A DNA stretch of 57,328 bases from an uncultured Gammaproteobacteria bacterium (GTDB lineage: Bacteria > Patescibacteriota > Microgenomatia > Daviesbacterales > UBA10151): positions 1-57,328 of the forward strand of contig CAZWTE010000001.1 in NCBI GenBank assembly GCA_964637465.1, written 5' to 3'. This document shows, in pieces, positions 44,074-51,626 of the stretch (position 1 is its first letter; every line of letters begins with the position of its first letter). Position numbers and translations under genes: made by a program. Below the pieces are notes generated by a model that worked only from the letters and a program-made list of their open reading frames with translations, had not been told where the DNA came from and did no database searches.

Positions 44074-45408
44074 ATGGACCTAAACAAAATAGCAATTTTT
44101 GGTGTAGGCAGAGTCGGTCTTCCGCTGGCACTGGTTTTGGCAGACAAAGGCTTTCAGGTAACAGGTATTGATGTAGATCCCTACAGGATTAATCTTTTGA
44201 AACACAAAATAATGCCGTTTTTAGAAGAGGGAGCCCAGCCGCTACTTTCAAAACACAGCGGTAAAAATTTCCAAGTCTTTTCCCAGGAACATATTGATAG
44301 GGTAATAGCGGAAAACGGCGTAATCATTTTTACATTGGGTACCCCTATTGACGATACCTACAGCCCGAATTTTTCCGATATAGAAAAATTAATCCGCAGG
44401 ATTTCGCCGGTTATTAAACCAGGTCATACGATAATTTTAAGGAGTACAGTTTCTCCCGGTGCCACTGAGCAGTTAGCCAGACAACTTGAGGAACAGACCA
44501 AATTGACAATGGGAGAAAATTTATTTTTGGCATATTGTCCCGAGAGAATAGCAGAAGGTAAATCCGTAGAGGAGCTTACCCAGATTCCGCAAATTATCGG
44601 TACCCTTGATGAAATAAGCGCAAAAAAGGCAGCTGAGATTTTTGAGAAAATTGCCCCGTCAATACTGCTTACAAATCCCAGATCCGCAGAACTAGCAAAA
44701 CTATTTTGCAATATGTACAGGTATATAGATTTTGCAATTGGTAATGAATTTATGATGATCGCGGAAAGCTATGGCACAGATATTTATGAGGTTTTAAATT
44801 TGGTAAACAAAGATTACAAGAGAGGTAACCTAAAATCTCCTGGATTTACCGCAGGACCTTGTTTAGTAAAAGACGGTTTTTTCCTGATAGATAAAAGTCC
44901 GTATATGGAGTTGGTCACTGCTGCCTGGAGATTGAATGAAAATATTCCGGGTTATCTCTTATCTCGGGTCAAGGCGGAAATAAAAGATTTGCATAGAAAA
45001 AAAGTAGCCATTTTAGGACTGGCTTTTAAGAAAAATATCGATGATACCCGTTATTCCCTCTCTCCGAAACTGCAACGGTATTTTTTGGCAGAAGGAGCTC
45101 AAGTTTCTATCCACGATCCGTTAATTGATTCAGAGCCTTTGGAAAATACTTTAAAAGGAGCCGAAATTTTAATTATGGGTATTAATCACGATGAATTTCG
45201 TAAAATTACTTTTAACTATTTAGAAAATTCACTTGCGGAAGATTGTTTGATAGTTGATATCTGGAATATGTTTGGAACAGGCAAAATTGTTTTCTATCTT
45301 AAAGATATTTTAGTAGTCAAAGGAGCAAAGGTAAAAGGTAACGGAGAAATAAAGATATACGGCAAAAAACGTCTGCCGGATCGTAGATTGCCTCTTTCCC
45401 AAGCATGA
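44074..45408 (+). CDS. Nucleotide-sugar dehydrogenase (UDP-glucose/GDP-mannose dehydrogenase family)
   Basis: 444 aa. The Rossmann N-terminus reads IAIFGVGRVGLPLALVLADKGFQVTGIDVD. It also carries LGTPID, CPERIAEG, the catalytic-Cys context TAGPCLVKDGFF, and GLAFKKNIDDTRYS. Confidence 0.8.
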   Translation: MDLNKIAIFGVGRVGLPLALVLADKGFQVTGIDVDPYRINLLKHKIMPFLEEGAQPLLSKHSGKNFQVFSQEHIDRVIAENGVIIFTLGTPIDDTYSPNFSDIEKLIRRISPVIKPGHTIILRSTVSPGATEQLARQLEEQTKLTMGENLFLAYCPERIAEGKSVEELTQIPQIIGTLDEISAKKAAEIFEKIAPSILLTNPRSAELAKLFCNMYRYIDFAIGNEFMMIAESYGTDIYEVLNLVNKDYKRGNLKSPGFTAGPCLVKDGFFLIDKSPYMELVTAAWRLNENIPGYLLSRVKAEIKDLHRKKVAILGLAFKKNIDDTRYSLSPKLQRYFLAEGAQVSIHDPLIDSEPLENTLKGAEILIMGINHDEFRKITFNYLENSLAEDCLIVDIWNMFGTGKIVFYLKDILVVKGAKVKGNGEIKIYGKKRLPDRRLPLSQA

Positions 45409-46361
45409 AAAAAAAGAAAATATTGGTTACCGGCGGAGCCGGTTTTATTGGCAGTGAAGTGGTTAAACAACTTTTGAAAAAAGGTTACCAAGTCCGGGTG
45501 GCAGATGATTTATCAAAAAAGGAAGCGAAAATCCCCCAAGTTTGTGAGTTTTTTAAAGTTGACTTAACAAATAAGAAGAGTGCGCTTAAGACAATGGAGG
45601 GAGTGGATTTTTGTATCCACCTTGCTGCCAAAATCGGGGGAATCGGTTATTTTCATAAATACCCTGCCACAATTTTGTCAGAAAATAATAAAATGTATTC
45701 CGCTGTTTTTGAAGCGGCTGTTGCAAAAAAAATAAAAAGAATTATTTATCTTTCATCGTCAATGGTTTTTGAATCGACGGAACATTTTCCAAGTCATGAA
45801 AAAGATTTGGCTGTAATTCCTCCTCCGGTAAGCGCTTATGGTTTTTCCAAGCTGGTGGGTGAGTGGTATTGTTATGCTTTTAGAGATGAGTTTGGATTAA
45901 ACTATACTATTATCAGGCCGTTTAATGCCTACGGCATCAATGAAGCTCCCGGTGAAGAGGTAGGTTATGCCCATGTGATTCCTGACTTAATAAAAAAGAT
46001 TATTTCAGGGCAATATCCGCTTCAGCTTTTAGGTAATGGTAAGCAGACAAGGTGTTTTACTCATGTTTCAGATATTGCCAGAGGAATAATTATGGCGATG
46101 GAATCAAAAAATGCAGAGAATGAAGATTTTAATATTGGTTCAGAAAAGGAAATTCAAATGATAGATTTGGCAAAATTAATTTGGAAAAAATGCGGGATGA
46201 TTAAACCATTTAAAGTGAGATACGTTACAGGATTTAAATATGATATCAAAAGAAGAGTGCCATCTTCAAAAAAGGCGGCGAGAATTTTAGGTTGGAAACC
46301 CAAGATAAACTTGTATAAAGAGCTGCCGATTATCATTGAATGGGTTAAGGATATATTGTAA
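45405..46361 (+). CDS. NAD-dependent nucleotide-sugar epimerase/dehydratase (extended SDR)
   Basis: 318 aa. Carries ILVTGGAGFIGSEV, SSSMVF, and the YGFSK (YxxxK) catalytic motif. It shares an ATGA overlap with the dehydrogenase gene. Confidence 0.8.
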   Translation: MKKKKILVTGGAGFIGSEVVKQLLKKGYQVRVADDLSKKEAKIPQVCEFFKVDLTNKKSALKTMEGVDFCIHLAAKIGGIGYFHKYPATILSENNKMYSAVFEAAVAKKIKRIIYLSSSMVFESTEHFPSHEKDLAVIPPPVSAYGFSKLVGEWYCYAFRDEFGLNYTIIRPFNAYGINEAPGEEVGYAHVIPDLIKKIISGQYPLQLLGNGKQTRCFTHVSDIARGIIMAMESKNAENEDFNIGSEKEIQMIDLAKLIWKKCGMIKPFKVRYVTGFKYDIKRRVPSSKKAARILGWKPKINLYKELPIIIEWVKDIL

Positions 46362-46362
46362 A

Positions 46363-46866
46363 ATGAATAAGATGAAATTCTTTTTGAAATTGTTTTTAGC
46401 TCTGATAATATTTTCTTTAGTACAAGCAGGATTAATTTATGCTCAGGAGTCAGTACAATTAGAATTGCCAAAAACCACGGTAAATCCCGGATCGTTTTAT
46501 TATCCTTTTAAAAGATTGATAGAAAAAGGCAGGGAAAGAGTAATTTTTTCTCAAGAGGAAAAGATATCTTTTTATAAATCTCTGCTTAAAATCAGGCTCT
46601 CGGAATTAAATTATGTGATTAGTAAAAAATTCTTGTCAGAAATCCAGGGCAGCAGTGAAAGATTTGCTTATACTGCGGGAATTTTGGCTGAAGAAGTAAA
46701 AGTACAGGATAAGGTAGAGGAGAAGCAGTATCACATTAGGCAATTTGGGTTGTATAGTAAATTTTTGGATTCTCTAAGAGATCAATACCCAGCCAATTCC
46801 AGTTTTTGGATGTTAATTCAGCATGATATAAATACCTTAAGTATTTTATCAGAACAATTGAAATAA
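46363..46866 (+). CDS. Small secreted helical protein, DUF5667-like (hypothetical)
   Basis: The ORF-track start at 46336 overlaps the upstream gene. ATG 46363 gives MNKMKFFLKLFLALIIFSLVQAGLIYA, a signal peptide. VNPGSFYYPFKRLIEKGRERV...LKIRLSEL resembles the PGS.FY.LKR..E motif of DUF5667 proteins. Confidence 0.45.
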   Translation: MNKMKFFLKLFLALIIFSLVQAGLIYAQESVQLELPKTTVNPGSFYYPFKRLIEKGRERVIFSQEEKISFYKSLLKIRLSELNYVISKKFLSEIQGSSERFAYTAGILAEEVKVQDKVEEKQYHIRQFGLYSKFLDSLRDQYPANSSFWMLIQHDINTLSILSEQLK

Positions 46867-46888
46867 TGCTTTCTGTCATAAGTAGTAT

Positions 46889-48133
46889 ATGCTAGTAAAT
46901 CAAAAGGAAGTTTTCCAGCTAGAAGTTTGCAGGGCATGTGATAGCAGCAATCTTTTATTATTTCTTCAGCTTGGTCCTACCCCTGTCCCAAATGGTTTTT
47001 TAAAAGTCCATCGTCATAGAGCAGAGAAGTTTTATCCTTTGGATGTTTGTTTTTTTTTTTTTTTTGGGCTAGTGCAGCTTGCTCATGTGGTATCTCCAAA
47101 AGTGATGTTTAAAAATTATGTATATATCCCTTCTACATCGGAAACTATGAGAGCACATTTTGCTGCTTTGGCAAAAAAGGCTGTCAAAAAGTCCGGAGCA
47201 CAGAAAGAAGATTTGGTGGTGGATATTGGCAGTAATGATGGGACCCTCCTTAAGGCATTTCAAACTTTGGGGGTAAGAACAATCGGTATTGACCCTGCTG
47301 AAAATCTGGCTAGGAAAGCCAACCAGGAAGGAATAAAAACAATATGTGATTTATTTACTCTGAAATTGGCTAAGCAGATTAAGAAAACAGAAGGGAAAGC
47401 TAAAATTATTACGGGAACAAATGTTGTCGCTCATGTGCATGATCTGCATAATTTTTTCGAAGGTATTAAAGTTTTACTATCTGAAGATGGATTGTTTATC
47501 TGCGAATTTCCGTATTTAGTTAATTTAATTGAAAAAATTGAGTTTGACACTATTTATCAGGAACATCTTTCTTACTTTTCGATTACCCCATTTGATAGGC
47601 TTCTAAAAAGGCATAATCTTTGTTTAACAGATATTCAAAGAATACCAGTTCATGGCGGTTCTGTAAGAGTGTTTGTGAGCAAAAAACCAATCAAGCAGGA
47701 TAAAGAAATTAAACGATTGCTTGAGGTTGAAAAAAAGAAAGGGATATTAAATGCGGAGACTTATCTAAAATTCAGAAGAAAAGTAGACAAAGTGAGACAT
47801 GAATTAGTTCAGCTGTTATGGGACTTACGCCTGAAAAAGAAAAAAATTGTGGGATATGGGGCATCCGCGAAAGGAAATATTATCTTAAATTACTGCAGGA
47901 TTGGACCTGAAACGCTTGATTACATTGTTGACTCAATTCCCTATAAGCAGGGAAAATATACACCGGGGATGCATATCTTAATATATCCCGAGGAGAAACT
48001 CTTAGAAGACCAACCTGATTATACGCTGCTTCTGGCTTGGAATTTTGCCGATGAGATCATAAAAAAACAGAAAGAGTATAGCAAGAGGGGAGGGAAATTT
48101 ATTCTGGTTCTCCCGAAGCTTACAGTTGTTTAG
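46889..48133 (+). CDS. NDP-sugar C-methyltransferase (Methyltransf_13 / SAM MTase / Methyltransf_14 architecture, TylCIII-like)
   Basis: 414 aa. The N-terminus has CRACDSS..LGPTPVPNGFL and YPLDVC....GLVQL. The SAM motif is VVDIGSNDGTLL. The C-terminal region is GYGASAKGNIILNYC...YIVDSIPYKQGKYTPG...LLLAWNFADEI...GGKFI. Confidence 0.8.
   Translation: MLVNQKEVFQLEVCRACDSSNLLLFLQLGPTPVPNGFLKVHRHRAEKFYPLDVCFFFFFGLVQLAHVVSPKVMFKNYVYIPSTSETMRAHFAALAKKAVKKSGAQKEDLVVDIGSNDGTLLKAFQTLGVRTIGIDPAENLARKANQEGIKTICDLFTLKLAKQIKKTEGKAKIITGTNVVAHVHDLHNFFEGIKVLLSEDGLFICEFPYLVNLIEKIEFDTIYQEHLSYFSITPFDRLLKRHNLCLTDIQRIPVHGGSVRVFVSKKPIKQDKEIKRLLEVEKKKGILNAETYLKFRRKVDKVRHELVQLLWDLRLKKKKIVGYGASAKGNIILNYCRIGPETLDYIVDSIPYKQGKYTPGMHILIYPEEKLLEDQPDYTLLLAWNFADEIIKKQKEYSKRGGKFILVLPKLTVV
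47050..47065 (+). repeat. Poly-T homopolymer (16 nt) inside the C-methyltransferase CDS
   Basis: Read directly as tgt tttttttttttttttt ggg, encoding C-FFFFF-G at the position where the family normally has CxxCG. Confidence 0.95.
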
Positions 48134-49001
48134 CCAAATCATCGATTATTTCTTCCCAAGTCATAAATTTTAATCCAAGCGCATCCTCTGTCTTTTTCAC
48201 TTTCAGGCCACCATGTTGTGGGTATCTTAAAGGATTATTTTTGAGAAAGTGTTCAATAGTGGCTGGCTGGACAGCATTTTTTGCTCCACGCACCTTTTCG
48301 ATTAAATAAGTAACTAGCTTAAAGGGGGTAAAAACGTTGCTGCTTGAGGTATGGAAAATGCCGGTCTGTCTTTTTTCAAGAAGAATTTGCAAAACCTTTG
48401 TAACTTCATTTATGTATGTGAGTGTTAAATATTGATCGGAAAACATCGGGTAAAGCTTATCTTCATCATAAAGCTTTAAGACTTGGCGCACATAATCTGT
48501 TTTTTGTTCGAAGACGGCTCTGACAGGATTGGAGATGCGCAAAATAGCGTAATTTTCCATATTATCAGCAACTACTTTTTCTGCCTCTCTTTTGGTCCAA
48601 CCATACCATGATAAAAGATTCGGATTATTTGCAGGTGGATGGTTTTCGGGATAAGGGCCAGGATCTTCTTTGCTGCCCTGGAAAATTACGTCAGTAGAAA
48701 TATGAATAAAATAGTTTTTCGGATTTACAGCGTGAACTAAATTATAAGTTCCATCAACATTAATAATCCAACAGGGAGCTTTTTTATTATCCCTTTGTTC
48801 TTCGGCTAGGGAAACATCAGTAAATGCTGCAAAATGTATGACAGCATCCGATTGATGTGAACCAAAGAACTCTCCTACAGATTTTTTATTTGTAATATCA
48901 AGTTCCTCTAAGGAAGGTGATAAGATATTCTCCTTCGGATTATAGTTTTGAGTAAAGTGAGATCCGACTAAACCATTAGCGCCGGTAACAAGTAATTTCA
49001 T
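48120..49001 (-). CDS. RmlD-like NDP-4-keto-sugar reductase (dTDP-4-dehydrorhamnose reductase family SDR)
   Basis: 293 aa. Carries MKLLVTGANGLVGSHF, HFAAFTDV, ISTDVIF, and YGWTKREAE (YxxxK). It shares an ATGA overlap (minus strand) with the upstream GT2 gene. Its 3' end overlaps the convergent methyltransferase gene by 14 nt. Confidence 0.7.
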   Translation of the reverse strand: MKLLVTGANGLVGSHFTQNYNPKENILSPSLEELDITNKKSVGEFFGSHQSDAVIHFAAFTDVSLAEEQRDNKKAPCWIINVDGTYNLVHAVNPKNYFIHISTDVIFQGSKEDPGPYPENHPPANNPNLLSWYGWTKREAEKVVADNMENYAILRISNPVRAVFEQKTDYVRQVLKLYDEDKLYPMFSDQYLTLTYINEVTKVLQILLEKRQTGIFHTSSSNVFTPFKLVTYLIEKVRGAKNAVQPATIEHFLKNNPLRYPQHGGLKVKKTEDALGLKFMTWEEIIDDLAKQL

Positions 49002-49735
49002 AAATTAAAAAGACTGATTTTAAATCCTGTTTTGGCTAGAATAAATAAAAGTAGGACCTTAAATGTACCTAAAGAGTATTTGATGCTATTTTTAAAACTT
49101 GCTCCTCTTTTTTTGCCTGAATAAGCTGTTTCCACCGGCACCTGGGTTATTTTAATATCACGATATACAGCTTGCGTTATCAGTTCAAAACTAAATAAAT
49201 AACCATTAGAATTTAGAGAATAATTTATTTTTTCCAGCATTTTTTTTGTATACACTCTAAAGCCTTGATGAAAATCATCTAAATTAATTCCTAATATTAG
49301 TTTGTCTATATAATTTAGAAATCTGATGGGAATCCATTTCCAAACAAACATACCGCTTTTCAATGGGTTATTTGAAGTAGTGAATCTGTTGCCTAAAACA
49401 AACTCTGCGCCTGATTCAATCTGTTTTAAAGCTGTTGGTATGGCAGATGATTTATATTCTCCATCCGGATGAATATCAATGATGACGTCCGCTCCTTTCT
49501 CTAATGCCAAATTTAAAGCTCTTTTCATATTGCCTCCGTAACCTAAATTTACGCAGTTACTGTAAGAATGAATACCTAGTTTTTTTGCTAGTTCAAAAGT
49601 ATTATCATGCGACGCGTCATCTACTAAAATAATATCATCTACTAGATGTTTGGGGAAATCTTTATAAAATTTCTCTAGAGATTTGTCTGCATTATAAGCT
49701 ATAAATATAGCAACGATCTTTTTTGTTTTTCTCAT
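48998..49735 (-). CDS. GT2 glycosyltransferase (polyprenyl-phosphate sugar synthase type)
   Basis: The ORF-track start at 49768 would overlap the divergent gene. ATG 49735 (MRKTKKIVAIFIAYNADKS) is the more plausible start. Carries ILVDDASHDNT, NLGYGGN, IDIHPDGEY, and DDFHQGFRVYTKKML. Confidence 0.75.
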   Translation of the reverse strand: MRKTKKIVAIFIAYNADKSLEKFYKDFPKHLVDDIILVDDASHDNTFELAKKLGIHSYSNCVNLGYGGNMKRALNLALEKGADVIIDIHPDGEYKSSAIPTALKQIESGAEFVLGNRFTTSNNPLKSGMFVWKWIPIRFLNYIDKLILGINLDDFHQGFRVYTKKMLEKINYSLNSNGYLFSFELITQAVYRDIKITQVPVETAYSGKKRGASFKNSIKYSLGTFKVLLLFILAKTGFKISLFNL

Positions 49736-49742
49736 CTGGTAT

Positions 49743-49748
49743 ATTATA
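49743..49748 (-). promoter_or_regulatory. Candidate -10 (perfect TATAAT on minus strand), 7 nt from the ATG at 49735
   Basis: The reverse complement of attata is TATAAT. The intergenic region is only 22 nt long, which leaves no room for a 5' UTR or Shine-Dalgarno motif. Confidence 0.35.
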
Positions 49749-49752
49749 TAAG
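49747..49752 (+). promoter_or_regulatory. Candidate -10 (TATAAG), 5 nt from the ATG at 49758; the alternative is TGGTATATT at 49737-49745
   Basis: It overlaps the minus-strand -10 in the 22-nt divergent gap, and no Shine-Dalgarno motif is present. Confidence 0.25.
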
Positions 49753-49757
49753 CTTCT

Positions 49758-51626
49758 ATGGTGAACATAAAGGCTTTGCTAGTCCTTGGTCTAACTGCTG
49801 CCTTGATTATTTTTTTAGGCTATGATTTTTTGAAACCAGCTTTTGACATCGGCCTTACGCCAGAGGATCGGGAATTTATTTTAAGGTATAAATTACTTGG
49901 CCCAAATCCTTTAAGTAAAATATTTCAGGTTTGGTTAGAACGCGGCGCCTACACCACTGTACCCATATATTATATTGGAATAGTACAGAGTATCGCAGGT
50001 TTTAACTACCAATTAATCCAGTCTATAGGTATCTTGTTTAGAACGTTGACTATTTTATCTATATTTCCTTTAGTTGCGATTATTTTTCGAAATATTTGGT
50101 TGGCTACTTTTACAACCATCTTATTTGGTTTTAGCTATACGACAACAGGAGCTTTAGAAACAGGGGTTGAGCCAAGTGAATATTTAGGATTTTTGATGAT
50201 GAATATTTTTTTAATTGCTTATTATTTTTTGAATAGCAAATATTTACTAAATTTTAAATGGTTAATATTAACGTCTTTTCTGCTATTTATTGCGATAATG
50301 ACATCAATAATGAGAGTGTATCCAATTTTATTTTTGATCCCTTTGATTGAAATATTTCTGTCATTTCTAAATTACAAAAAATATAGCTTTAAATATCTTT
50401 TTTTAAAGCTATTGATTCTCTATTTGCCTTTTCTTTTTCTTATTTTTATATCATCTTTTGCGGGATCAGGTCATTTTTCGCTTCCAACAATAATAACAAA
50501 AGTTAGCCAGGGAAATTGGCATTTGTTATTAACCCCCCTGCAAGGCTTAGGTTTCATGATTCCTGTAGGAAAATATTATGCTTATTTGGGAATTTTAGAT
50601 CTAAGTAGTTTTGCTAACTATTTGACGTTCTTATTAGGAGGACCTTTGTTTGTATTTGGTTTTCTTAGTATAATTATTTCTATAACTTATGCAAAAGAGA
50701 AACTGTCTTTCTTTTTTAGGATATTCTTTACAAATTTTGGACTTGAAATATTAATCTACTGGATAGTGCAACAAAGGTTATTTGTTTCTCATGAATTAAG
50801 ATTAAATTTTGATACGCAGCGCCTCTATCCTGTTTTTTTTGGGTTATTTATCTTATCGCTTATGGTGAATTATTTAATCCTTTGGTTAAAAAGTGATAAG
50901 AAACTTAATCAACTTTTTGCCTTATGGGTGGGACCTTCTATTGCATTATTTTTTATAATCATGACTTATTTTTTTGCTGGTTTAGATCTTTCCTTTGGAG
51001 GAGCGCAAGATCATTATCTTTTAATACCAACTCTGGGGATCAGCCTATTTATGGGCGGATTATTGCTGATGCTGTATGAAAAATTATTAGCTTTGAGGCT
51101 AAAATTTGTTGGAATTTTGATGGTGATAATTATATTTGGTTTTCTTTACATTCTTAATAGAGAGATAACTCACAATTATTTCATAGCTGCAAATTTTAAC
51201 GGCAGAGCAGCGGATGGTCAGCAGTTGTTGCAGGAGAAAATCAGAGAGAAATTTAAAAATTATGATTATACCAAACCGGTACTTGTCTATTTTGACACCT
51301 CGGATATACCGCAATATTATGGTCCATTTTATTCAGAAGGCTTACTTACTCCTTTTCCGATCCTGATGTATTCTCAAGGGGAGAAGGTGGTTAGCGGTTG
51401 CGTGAGTATTGTTTATGAGGACAGAAAGATGAATAAACTGAAAAAATTAATAAAAACAATTAACAGTCAGCAAGTGATAGCATATCAAACAGCTTGTGTT
51501 GAAAATAATAGAATAGTTGTTCAAGATGTCATCTATAAACCGGAGAATCTATACGCTTTGAAAATTAAAGATGGTGATTTTGTTGATATTAAAGACCAGA
51601 TTTTGGAGGAACTGAATCTCAAATGA
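49758..51626 (+). CDS. Polytopic membrane protein, unnamed family (DDW-loop family), predicted GT-C-like; copy 1
   Basis: 622 aa with many TM helices. The first loop reads GLTPEDREFILRYKLLGPNPLS...ERGAYTT. The mid motif is MRVYPILFLIPLIE. The soluble C-terminal domain is PVLVYFDTSDIPQYYGPFYSEG...NLYALKIKDGDFVDIKD. Confidence 0.6.
   Translation: MVNIKALLVLGLTAALIIFLGYDFLKPAFDIGLTPEDREFILRYKLLGPNPLSKIFQVWLERGAYTTVPIYYIGIVQSIAGFNYQLIQSIGILFRTLTILSIFPLVAIIFRNIWLATFTTILFGFSYTTTGALETGVEPSEYLGFLMMNIFLIAYYFLNSKYLLNFKWLILTSFLLFIAIMTSIMRVYPILFLIPLIEIFLSFLNYKKYSFKYLFLKLLILYLPFLFLIFISSFAGSGHFSLPTIITKVSQGNWHLLLTPLQGLGFMIPVGKYYAYLGILDLSSFANYLTFLLGGPLFVFGFLSIIISITYAKEKLSFFFRIFFTNFGLEILIYWIVQQRLFVSHELRLNFDTQRLYPVFFGLFILSLMVNYLILWLKSDKKLNQLFALWVGPSIALFFIIMTYFFAGLDLSFGGAQDHYLLIPTLGISLFMGGLLLMLYEKLLALRLKFVGILMVIIIFGFLYILNREITHNYFIAANFNGRAADGQQLLQEKIREKFKNYDYTKPVLVYFDTSDIPQYYGPFYSEGLLTPFPILMYSQGEKVVSGCVSIVYEDRKMNKLKKLIKTINSQQVIAYQTACVENNRIVVQDVIYKPENLYALKIKDGDFVDIKDQILEELNLK

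Noticed and set aside
49736-49768. The ATG at 49768 as the start of the minus-strand GT2 gene
   Set aside because: It would overlap the divergent gene that starts at 49758, and it adds 11 residues ahead of a typical GT2 N-terminus (MRKTKKIVAIF). ATG 49735 has a TATAAT 7 nt upstream.
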